From contig CAZHVF010000001.1 in assembly GCA_964535635.1 (NCBI GenBank), positions 6,508 through 70,507 on the forward strand: DNA of 64,000 nucleotides, read 5' to 3'. Position numbers and translations under genes: made by a program. The stretch is from an uncultured Gammaproteobacteria bacterium. GTDB taxonomy: Bacteria; Patescibacteriota; Microgenomatia; UBA1406; GWC2-37-13. Shown here piece by piece: positions 10,025 through 17,287 of the stretch; position 1 is the first letter of the stretch; every line of letters starts with the position of its first letter. The notes beneath the pieces were generated by a model that had not been told where the DNA came from, searched no databases, and worked only from the letters and a program-made list of their open reading frames with translations.

Positions 10025-11126
10025 ACTGCTCGACGACTGTACATATCTCTTTCTTAAACCGATCAAAGGAATATCGCTCAGCTTCTTTTCGAGCGGTGAC
10101 ACGCATCGTACGATACTTTGCTGGGGAAAGCTTCTGTAGTTTTGCAACAGCAGATTGAAGTGAGTCATCAGTGAGTTTGTCAAATAAAAATCCGTTGACC
10201 CCATCATGAACGGTCTCAATGAGACCACCGCTCTTCAACGCAATCACCGGCGTGCCGTATCCCATTGCTTCGACCGGCGCAATTCCAAACTCTTCATCAA
10301 CCGAGGCAAAGAGAAATGCCTTTGCCCCTCTGAGAAGCTCGTCTCGGAGCTGGTCGTCTGCCTGAGTGATGAACTCGATACTGTCTCCAGCAATCTTCTG
10401 CAATGATGGGAGGTCGCGACCATTACCGACGATTCTGAGCTTCCATCGATGTTTGTTCGCAGTTTTGATAAGGAGGTCTATATGCTTCGCCTTTGCAAGT
10501 CGAGATACGGTGATAAAGTAATCCTGTGACTCAGTCGTAACTGCGTTTTTTGGTGGAATCGAAACAGGAGGATAAACGACGGTTGCGTTCCGACTATAGA
10601 GCCGTTGAATTCTTCGCATCGTCTCCTCGGAGTTTGCAAGAAGAACATCCGGTCGCTGTGAAGAACGGTAATCCCATCGTCGAAGATACGCGTTGACAAC
10701 ATATGCATAGATTTTGACCGGCCAGTACTTCTGCCACTCAACGGCTGTTTCGTATCCATAGAGGTATCGAGGAGGATGATGGATGTAGGAAATATGCTTT
10801 GTCGAATGTCTTGTTTTGATTCCTTTACACATATACCAACCTGAGGATGACAAGACGAGATCATACTCAGAAAAATCAAAGCTCTCCCAGATCGATGGTG
10901 CAAGAAATCTGAGCGGTGAGTAAAGTTTTCCGATCCATGGGATCTTCGAAGCCCACGACTCCCTTATATCCCACGTTTCATGCTGCGGAAGATTCTTTTT
11001 TGCAGTGGTCGGATTCTGAAATGCTGTGTATACAGGAGCGTCAGGAAAAATTTCGTGGAGGGCGAAGAGCACCCGCTCTGCTCCCCCAAACTCCTGGAGT
11101 TGATCATGCACCAAAGCGATCTTCAT
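10008..11126 (-). CDS. glycosyltransferase, GT4 (group 1) family
   Basis: MKIALVHDQLQEFGGAERVL N-terminus and C-terminal EEFGIAPVEAMGYGTPVIA...G..E motif. Confidence 0.85.
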   Translation of the reverse strand: MKIALVHDQLQEFGGAERVLFALHEIFPDAPVYTAFQNPTTAKKNLPQHETWDIRESWASKIPWIGKLYSPLRFLAPSIWESFDFSEYDLVLSSSGWYMCKGIKTRHSTKHISYIHHPPRYLYGYETAVEWQKYWPVKIYAYVVNAYLRRWDYRSSQRPDVLLANSEETMRRIQRLYSRNATVVYPPVSIPPKNAVTTESQDYFITVSRLAKAKHIDLLIKTANKHRWKLRIVGNGRDLPSLQKIAGDSIEFITQADDQLRDELLRGAKAFLFASVDEEFGIAPVEAMGYGTPVIALKSGGLIETVHDGVNGFLFDKLTDDSLQSAVAKLQKLSPAKYRTMRVTARKEAERYSFDRFKKEICTVVEQSTKTP

Positions 11127-11139
11127 ACAGGATAGTATA

Positions 11140-11931
11140 ATGAGTTATATGCATATCTTCCAAAGCATTCTGCTCGGAGTAATCGAAGGGGTCACTGAGT
11201 TTCTTCCGATATCATCTACAGCACACCTCATCCTGACGAGTAAATTTCTCGGTCTCAAACAGACTGAGTTCCAGACTTTTTTTGAGGTATTTATTCAATC
11301 AGGAGCAATTCTCTCGGTCCTTGCACTCTACGTGCGCTATATTCTCACACATCGAACAATCTTAAAAAATCTTGTGGTTTCATTCGTTCCAACCGCGATG
11401 ATCGGGTTTGCTCTCCATAAAATCATCAAGACAGTATTTTTTCAGTCCGAACCCCTTATCGTAGGATCGATGATTCTCATCGCGATGGTATTTCTACTTG
11501 TTGAACGAAGGGTAAGGAGTGGATCGCTTCAACTTAAAAAGAAGGTTGAGAATCTTACACTCGTGCAGTCCGTTATGATTGGTCTCGCTCAGTCGCTCGC
11601 CGTGATACCCGGAGTCTCTCGCGCTGGGATTATCATCGTTGCGATGATGATGATGGGATTCAAGCGTGATGAGTCAGCAAAATATTCTTTTATGCTTGCG
11701 ATCCCAACTATCATCGCGGCCAGCGCACTCGATCTCTATCAATCCAGAGATATGCTCGCTCAGTCGTCGTCACAGATCGGACTGCTTGCTGTCGGATTCG
11801 TAACAGCATTTATTACTGCATATCTTTCGGTAAAATGGCTAATTCGATATCTACAGACGAATACTCTCACCGGATTCGCCTATTATCGCATTCTGCTTGC
11901 TATAATAGTCCTACTTACTCTTGTGAGGTAG
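11140..11931 (+). CDS. uppP: undecaprenyl-diphosphate phosphatase (BacA/UppP)
   Basis: GVIEGVTEFLPISSTAHLIL signature, about 8 TM segments, PGVSRAG motif. The true start may be ATG 11149, because TATAAT 11136-11141 overlaps ATG 11140. Confidence 0.9.
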   Translation: MSYMHIFQSILLGVIEGVTEFLPISSTAHLILTSKFLGLKQTEFQTFFEVFIQSGAILSVLALYVRYILTHRTILKNLVVSFVPTAMIGFALHKIIKTVFFQSEPLIVGSMILIAMVFLLVERRVRSGSLQLKKKVENLTLVQSVMIGLAQSLAVIPGVSRAGIIIVAMMMMGFKRDESAKYSFMLAIPTIIAASALDLYQSRDMLAQSSSQIGLLAVGFVTAFITAYLSVKWLIRYLQTNTLTGFAYYRILLAIIVLLTLVR

Positions 11932-11934
11932 TCT

Positions 11935-11960
11935 ACTTCGATTGATTAATTAATCGAAGT
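11935..11960. repeat. 26-bp palindromic element, copy 1 (ACTTCGATT-GATTAATT-AATCGAAGT)
   Basis: 9-bp perfect inverted arms. 25/26 identical to the core of the perfect palindrome at 51557-51586. Lies 3 nt after the uppP stop and 11 nt before tRNA-Arg. Confidence 0.65.
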
Positions 11961-11971
11961 CCAACTGGATT

Positions 11972-12043
11972 GCACCCGTAGTTCAATGGATAGAATGTGG
12001 GATTCCGGATCCCATGATGAGGGTTCGATTCCCTCCGGATGCA
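11972..12043 (+). tRNA. tRNA-Arg (anticodon CCG)
   Basis: Hand fold: acceptor GCACCCG/CGGATGC (one C-A mismatch at 4:69), anticodon stem TGGGA/TCCCA, loop TTCCGGA, T arm GAGGG-TTCGATT-CCCTC. CCA not encoded. Confidence 0.82.
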
Positions 12044-12059
12044 CAGTATAATTTGGATA

Positions 12060-12130
12060 GGGCCCTGAGTTAGACGGTACAACGCCGCATTCGCATTGCG
12101 GAGGAAGGAGTTCAATTCTCCTAGGGTCCA
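12060..12130 (+). tRNA. tRNA-Ala (anticodon CGC)
   Basis: Acceptor GGGCCCT/AGGGTCC gives the G3:U70 alanine identity pair. Anticodon stem CCGCA/TGCGG, loop TTCGCAT. TATAAT lies 7 nt upstream of +1. Confidence 0.82.
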
Positions 12131-12174
12131 CACTCTAACCGAGATGATAGTTTAGTATAATAAGCTAGTCACAC

Positions 12175-12247
12175 GGGCCTGTAACTCAGCGGTTAGAGTG
12201 CCATCCTTATAAGATGGAAGTCCTTGGTTCGATTCCAAGCAGGCCCA
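12175..12247 (+). tRNA. tRNA-Ile (anticodon TAT, i.e. UAU)
   Basis: Acceptor GGGCCTG/CAGGCCC, D arm ACTC-AGCGGTTA-GAGT, anticodon stem CCATC/GATGG, loop CTTATAA, T arm CTTGG-TTCGATT-CCAAG. Confidence 0.85.
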
Positions 12248-12256
12248 CAGTGAACA

Positions 12257-12329
12257 GCACAGGTAGCCAAGGTGGTCACGGCGGGGGTCTGAAAAACCTC
12301 AGATGTCAGTTCGACTCTGACCCTGTGCA
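12257..12329 (+). tRNA. tRNA-Phe (anticodon GAA)
   Basis: Acceptor GCACAGG/CCTGTGC, anticodon stem GGGGT/ACCTC, loop CTGAAAA, T arm GTCAG-TTCGACT-CTGAC. Lies 9 nt downstream of tRNA-Ile. Confidence 0.82.
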
Positions 12330-12408
12330 CACTGCTTGCAAGAATCGCTCCATACTCCCATTCATTTGACAAAATTGCTGTTCGATATTATTGTATATAT
12401 CCAAAACT

Positions 12409-13005
12409 ATGTCGAAAGAATCCGGATGGACAATCATGCAGTCAGCGAGAAGAGAGGGACGAGATCTCTCTGTGCTTCAAACCTCATTTGACCGACTGTA
12501 TGTAAATCCGAATGGGCTCGGTCTACATTTCCAAGAAGACTGGTGGCTTCTACCAGAGCACCGTGACGGGCATCCGCGGGTGATCGATACCGACACGGGA
12601 GTTGAGAGCACATTGGTTGTCGCCGCAACGATCAGTGTGTTTGATGATCCACTCCTTGATGCGATGAAAGATATTCCTGATGCGGAGTTCTACAATCAAG
12701 CTCACCGAGTTCATATCGATGACACTGCGGCAGGTTGGATGAAACGAAGTACAGATGGTGAAGTCTCATGTATCACGATTACCGATCGTGACGGACGAAT
12801 GGTTGTGAATAAAATATCCCCGGTGGAAACGCATCGCGCCATCAGCTCCTACATTACCGAGGCCGGTATGTTCGTGGATCACATCATTCCTGGCGCATAC
12901 GCCATTGGTACTCCATTTCAAGGGCAGACCGGATTGGAGACGAGAGTCACTCGCCCGTTCGATGGACCACAGAAGTGGATGGGAAAACTCATTCCAAAAC
13001 CGTAA
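12409..13005 (+). CDS. hypothetical protein (no recognisable family)
   Basis: 198 aa from ATG 12409, soluble, acidic. TTGACA-N17-TATTGT promoter-like sequence at 12366-12394. Flanked on both sides by tRNA genes. Confidence 0.6.
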   Translation: MSKESGWTIMQSARREGRDLSVLQTSFDRLYVNPNGLGLHFQEDWWLLPEHRDGHPRVIDTDTGVESTLVVAATISVFDDPLLDAMKDIPDAEFYNQAHRVHIDDTAAGWMKRSTDGEVSCITITDRDGRMVVNKISPVETHRAISSYITEAGMFVDHIIPGAYAIGTPFQGQTGLETRVTRPFDGPQKWMGKLIPKP

Positions 13006-13034
13006 CGTGTGATGGTGCGGTATAATAGAGTATT

Positions 13035-13108
13035 GCGGGTGTAGTTGAGTGGTACAATGCGTCCTTGCCAAGGATGAGCCGAGGGTTCGATTCCCTTCAC
13101 CCGCTCCA
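13035..13108 (+). tRNA. tRNA-Gly (anticodon GCC), CCA encoded
   Basis: Acceptor GCGGGTG/CACCCGC, anticodon stem CGTCC/GGATG, loop TTGCCAA, T arm GAGGG-TTCGATT-CCCTT, 3' TCCA. TATAAT lies 8 nt upstream. Confidence 0.88.
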
Positions 13109-13109
13109 G

Positions 13110-13544
13110 TTATCGCTTTAGAAGTTCTTCAAACGCATCTTGCTCCGTTTTGTACGTAAGTGTTTTTCTTACCTCATCTGCGTCAACGAATTTTGCCTCC
13201 GAGACCTCCCAGTCGTGATCATTTGGATCACCTGAGACATACTCCATCAAATAATAGTGCACCGTCTTATCAACCAGTGTATCCCCGAACTGATAGTTAT
13301 AATGACCTGTTGTTGGACGATGATCTACGACCTTTGCAACAATCCCTCCCTCCTCTCGAACTTCACGGACTGCGGCTGATTCCATCGACTCGGTCGCATC
13401 GGTATCACCGATGAGTCCTTTGGGAAATCCCCACCCCTTGTGCTGAGAGTGCTGAGTAATCAGCCATAATTTATTTCCTTCATCGATCTTGTAAACGATG
13501 CCTCCTGCAGAGTTCTCTTCCTTCTGTTTCATAGTGAGATTCAT
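13110..13544 (-). CDS. NUDIX hydrolase
   Basis: Nudix box GWGFPKGLIGDTDATESMESAAVREVREEGG (GX5EX7REVXEEXG). Confidence 0.85.
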   Translation of the reverse strand: MNLTMKQKEENSAGGIVYKIDEGNKLWLITQHSQHKGWGFPKGLIGDTDATESMESAAVREVREEGGIVAKVVDHRPTTGHYNYQFGDTLVDKTVHYYLMEYVSGDPNDHDWEVSEAKFVDADEVRKTLTYKTEQDAFEELLKR

Positions 13545-13556
13545 TATAATGTACCT

Positions 13557-13904
13557 ATGGTCGAAACTCCAAAACCTCGTAGAAAACGGTTCTCACCGTT
13601 CGGTCGATACTTTGCGAAACTCGATCAGATTGATGGCGACCTCAAAGGTTCACAAGAATTTGGATCATTCCTGATTCTTAACCTCGTTGAAGAAATCGGA
13701 GAAATGTCTCGCGCGTATCTCGCAAAACACGGCCGCAAACCAACAAACATTGCAGCACAGATGGACGAAACGTATGAGCAAGAGCTTGGTGATATTATGG
13801 TGGCGGTTATTCGATTTGCACGGGTGAAAAATATTGATCTCCATCGTCGCATTATGACATCGCTCAATAAAATTAAACGTCGCAAGACGAACCCGAAGCA
13901 ATGA
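13557..13904 (+). CDS. MazG-like nucleotide pyrophosphohydrolase domain protein
   Basis: 115 aa. LVEEIGEMSRAY ... ELGDIMVAVIRFA matches the MazG EExxE/D helix pattern. TATAAT lies 6 nt upstream of the ATG. Confidence 0.72.
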   Translation: MVETPKPRRKRFSPFGRYFAKLDQIDGDLKGSQEFGSFLILNLVEEIGEMSRAYLAKHGRKPTNIAAQMDETYEQELGDIMVAVIRFARVKNIDLHRRIMTSLNKIKRRKTNPKQ

Positions 13905-14242
13905 ATCAAACAGACGTAAAAAAAATTCTCCAGCAAGGCGAGGCAATCGAGGATAAGGTAGACCAGCTGTTACAGGAGGAACAGAGGGTTGAGAAGAATG
14001 TAGAAGAGGTTAAGCAGGAAGAAACGGTGATTGCTCAGGTTGAGACGAAACGCAAACGATTTGTCCGCAAGCTCGCGAAGCATAAATTTCTCTTCTCGAT
14101 GGTTGCATCGCTCGGCGTTGTGCTAGTTTGGCGAGGATTATGGGATGTAACGGCTGAACTCCCCGTTTTAAAGGACTCGCTCGTCGCACTCCTCATTGGA
14201 TTTGCGATTATCTGGTTTCTCGAAAAGTACTCCGAGATCTAA
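13901..14242 (+). CDS. hypothetical membrane protein (charged coiled N-terminus, two C-terminal TM helices)
   Basis: 113 aa. Start overlaps the upstream stop (ATGA). Hydrophobic FLFSMVASLGVVLVW and LVALLIGFAIIWF. Confidence 0.6.
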   Translation: MNQTDVKKILQQGEAIEDKVDQLLQEEQRVEKNVEEVKQEETVIAQVETKRKRFVRKLAKHKFLFSMVASLGVVLVWRGLWDVTAELPVLKDSLVALLIGFAIIWFLEKYSEI

Positions 14243-14288
14243 GAATCCCTCTGCTTCAGGTATAATATAGTCCTACCAGTGAATGATT

Positions 14289-14364
14289 GGTGCGGTGGCG
14301 AAGGTGGTAACGCGGCTGTCTGCAAAACAGCTATGCAGGGGTTCAACTCCCCTCCGCACCTCCA
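14289..14364 (+). tRNA. tRNA-Cys (anticodon GCA), CCA encoded
   Basis: Acceptor GGTGCGG/CCGCACC, anticodon stem GCTGT/ACAGC, loop CTGCAAA, T arm AGGGG-TTCAACT-CCCCT, 3' TCCA. Confidence 0.85.
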
Positions 14365-14454
14365 GGAGAGGTGTCAGAGTGGCCGAATGAGCTGGTCTTG
14401 AAAACCAGTAGGGCGGCAACGTCCTCGTGGGTTCGAATCCCACCCTCTCCGCCA
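14365..14454 (+). tRNA. tRNA-Ser (anticodon TGA), class II, CCA encoded
   Basis: Acceptor GGAGAGG/CCTCTCC, anticodon stem CTGGT/ACCAG, loop CTTGAAA, long variable arm, T arm GTGGG-TTCGAAT-CCCAC, 3' GCCA. Starts at the nucleotide after the tRNA-Cys CCA. Confidence 0.88.
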
Positions 14455-14867
14455 TGGCGGACAATCAGTTATTTTTTGTTGGTCAAAAAGCATTCATCGA
14501 GAAGGAAGATACGCTCCTTCTGATGATTGACCCTGTCTATGGACTCGATCTCCCGGGTGGGCGTATTCAGGTTGATGAACGAAATCTTCACGACGCACTT
14601 CAGCGCGAGCTTCAGGAAGAGACACAGCTTACGGTTACGATCGGAAAACCGATGGTAACCTGGACTTGGCATGTTGCGTCAGAGGATCGTGTTGGCTTCT
14701 TGGTCGGGTATCAGTGCAAATACCGTTCCGGTGAGGTGATATTAAGTGATGAGCATTCTGAGTATCACTGGGTTACCGAGAACGATGCTGAATCATTTCT
14801 GCGAAGATATCAGAAAGAAAACCCTGAACTTTGCGATGCAATTCGCACCTACTTTACCGTACGGTGA
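14454..14867 (+). CDS. NUDIX hydrolase
   Basis: 137 aa from ATG 14454. Nudix-like box GGRIQVDERNLHDALQRELQEETQL. The ORF-track extension overlapping tRNA-Ser was trimmed. The A of the ATG is the last A of the tRNA CCA. Confidence 0.72.
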   Translation: MADNQLFFVGQKAFIEKEDTLLLMIDPVYGLDLPGGRIQVDERNLHDALQRELQEETQLTVTIGKPMVTWTWHVASEDRVGFLVGYQCKYRSGEVILSDEHSEYHWVTENDAESFLRRYQKENPELCDAIRTYFTVR

Positions 14868-16134
14868 TTGTCTGTTCTCTCGATGCACCGACCGAAATAT
14901 ACCGAATTGGAAGTCCTAACTCCTTCTCTAAAAAGCGTAGATACTGTCGCGCAAGAAATGGAAGTTTGCCGTGCGATCGGATATTCGATGTTTTCTCCAT
15001 CCAACCTTTAAATGATTTATATACTGGTTGAACATTCTCCAATGTGTCCGGATCCATGTCTGGCATGACCATATGCACTTTCGTTCCAACTCGATATCCA
15101 ATACAAACCTTTATCGTCTTAAACCTATCAAGCACGTCAAGCTTCATAAGTGCGATTGAGCGAGCTCCTGAAACGTTACAACCGTAGCGAGTTGCAGGAA
15201 GATCAAACCACCCACATCTTCGAGGGCGACCCGTTGTTGCGCCGTACTCTCCACCGACCTCTCGGATCTTCTCCCCATCAGCATCGAAAAGTTCTGTTGG
15301 CATTGGCCCACCTCCTACCCGAGTTGAGTATGCCTTCGTTACCCCAATAACATCGGTTATCTGATGATCGTGTATGCCGGTTACGAGACTGAATCCGGTT
15401 ACTCCGGTGTGACTTGAGGTAACATACGGGAATCCTCCGAGCGCGATGTCGAGGAGCGCTCCTTGTGCGCCCTCACCGAGTATTGTTTTCTTTTGTTTGA
15501 AGTACTCTTGCGTAAGTAAAAACGTGTCATCGACAAACTCCTTGAGAAATGCGCGTGCACGAAGCACTTCCGGTAAAGATTTCGCGAGTGAAATCGCTTT
15601 CCCTCCAAGAAGTTGAATGAGCTTATTCTGTCTGCGAAGCTCTGTTGCATACCGTTCAGAAAAATCTCGCGTATATAAATCCTTCATTCGAAACCCTTCG
15701 CGCGCAGTACGGTCTGCATAGGTTGGTCCAATTCCCCGACCGGTAGTCCCGATCTTTGACTTACCGGATTTTGCATCCTTCAACTGATCGCGAAGGATGT
15801 GCCATGGCATGACGAGATGGGCTCTGCGAGAGATCCGTAAGTTATGCTTTGTGATTGAGACGCCTGCCTTTCTCAGCTCCCGAATTTCTGCTACGAGCGC
15901 AGTCGGATTCACCACCACTCCAGACTCGATGATGTTCAGTGTTTTTTTATGAAGAATACCGGATGGTACGAGGTGGAGTTTGAATGTACCCTGATCGTTT
16001 TTGATGGTATGGCCAGCGTTACTCCCTCCCGCATATCGAACAACAACGTCGGCTTTTGGAGCAAGGAGATCGACGATCTTTCCCTTACCACTATCGCCCC
16101 AAAGCGTATCAACTACGACAGAAATATTTCCCAT
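14854..16134 (-). CDS. purA: adenylosuccinate synthetase
   Basis: GDSGKGKIVD P-loop, GTTGRGIGPTY, full-length homology pattern. ATG 16134 is preferred because TTGACA(16172-16167)-N17-TATACT(16149-16144) sits inside the TTG-16158 extension. Confidence 0.93.
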   Translation of the reverse strand: MGNISVVVDTLWGDSGKGKIVDLLAPKADVVVRYAGGSNAGHTIKNDQGTFKLHLVPSGILHKKTLNIIESGVVVNPTALVAEIRELRKAGVSITKHNLRISRRAHLVMPWHILRDQLKDAKSGKSKIGTTGRGIGPTYADRTAREGFRMKDLYTRDFSERYATELRRQNKLIQLLGGKAISLAKSLPEVLRARAFLKEFVDDTFLLTQEYFKQKKTILGEGAQGALLDIALGGFPYVTSSHTGVTGFSLVTGIHDHQITDVIGVTKAYSTRVGGGPMPTELFDADGEKIREVGGEYGATTGRPRRCGWFDLPATRYGCNVSGARSIALMKLDVLDRFKTIKVCIGYRVGTKVHMVMPDMDPDTLENVQPVYKSFKGWMEKTSNIRSHGKLPFLARQYLRFLEKELGLPIRYISVGASREQTITVR

Positions 16135-16198
16135 ACCGCCAGCAGTATAGAAAGACAATTGATTCTTGTCAACCGAGTACTATAATGAGTGATATTTC

Positions 16199-16675
16199 AT
16201 GTATTACTACAGTCCTACGCACGGCAAGGTAGACCTCCAGGAACTCAAGCGAATTGTTTCAATGTACATGGCGACCGGGAATAAAAATGACTACCAGATC
16301 ATTGTTGGAACCGACTCCCAAAAGATAAAATCAGGGAACGGATATGATTTCGTTTCGGCACTGGTTGTACATCGTATCGGTGGTGGAGGCATTTATTTTT
16401 GGCGAAGGGAGCTTTTCGATAAAACAATCAGTCTGAAAGAACGCATGTACCGCGAAGCATTGATGTCCCTCGAAGTGTCAGAGGGCTTCGTTGAACTGTT
16501 GCGTCATAATGGAATCTCGAAATTCAATATTCAGATTCATATCGATATCGGTCGCAACGGAGAAACGCGCGATCTCATACAGGAACTGACCGGTATGATT
16601 CGCTCGAATGGGTATGACGTTAAAATCAAACCAGACTCCTTCGGTGCAAGTAAAGTTGCCGACCGCCACACCTAA
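16199..16675 (+). CDS. YkuK/DUF458-like RNase H-fold protein
   Basis: 158 aa. YQIIVGTDSQK...FVSALVVHRIGGGGIYFW...IHIDIG resembles the DUF458 pattern. Assignment from memory of the family, not verified. Confidence 0.65.
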   Translation: MYYYSPTHGKVDLQELKRIVSMYMATGNKNDYQIIVGTDSQKIKSGNGYDFVSALVVHRIGGGGIYFWRRELFDKTISLKERMYREALMSLEVSEGFVELLRHNGISKFNIQIHIDIGRNGETRDLIQELTGMIRSNGYDVKIKPDSFGASKVADRHT

Positions 16676-16681
16676 ATAATT

Positions 16682-17287
16682 ATGGAGGGCGAATCACTTA
16701 TCGAACATAAATTCACAGGATCGGTTCGGCCCTTAACAATGACTGATGTGGATGCTCTTCGTCAAATCCTAGAACACTGGATACGAAATCCTGAAAAAAC
16801 TGAACCAAGATTGGCAGATATAGATAAGGTTCAGGAGGTAATGCGCGCATCAGTGCGCGGAGAAAACACTCGTGAATATAGAGTTGCAATAGAAAATGAT
16901 CGCATAGTTGGCGTTATGGGATTCAAAATCCCAGATCCAAGCGAGCCAGACGACGGACAAAAGATGCTTGAATTTGCTACGACCGATAATCCAGTGGAAT
17001 TTATAAATGCTTACGTTGACACTAGTCGACGTCTGGGTAAAGGAGTTGGAAAAGCGCTCTTTAAAGCGCTTGAAGAAAGAGCGAGAGAAAAAAGATTTAA
17101 AGAAATACTTGTGAACAGTGGTCCTAACTTTAAAGATTCTGGCTGGGCATTTTGGGACGGTATTATGGGTCCGAACCCAAGGCCACGAAACTTACCAGCG
17201 GACCAGTTAGTGAACGCTGTTGGATGGGCGACAGATATGTACGGACCTGGTATCGATGCTCCTGTCTGGAGAAAGTCTATTAGGTAG
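16682..17287 (+). CDS. GNAT-family N-acetyltransferase
   Basis: RIVGVMGF..., RRLGKGVGKALFKALEERAREKRF (Q/RxxGxG/A acetyl-CoA motif). By eye AT-richer than the flanking core genes. Confidence 0.72.
   Translation: MEGESLIEHKFTGSVRPLTMTDVDALRQILEHWIRNPEKTEPRLADIDKVQEVMRASVRGENTREYRVAIENDRIVGVMGFKIPDPSEPDDGQKMLEFATTDNPVEFINAYVDTSRRLGKGVGKALFKALEERAREKRFKEILVNSGPNFKDSGWAFWDGIMGPNPRPRNLPADQLVNAVGWATDMYGPGIDAPVWRKSIR

Noticed and set aside
11933-12133. 66-aa and 61-aa - strand ORFs (similar cases at 12918..13100 and 14273..14464)
   Set aside because: They overlap the tRNA genes, so their open frames are a by-product of structured GC-rich tRNA sequence.
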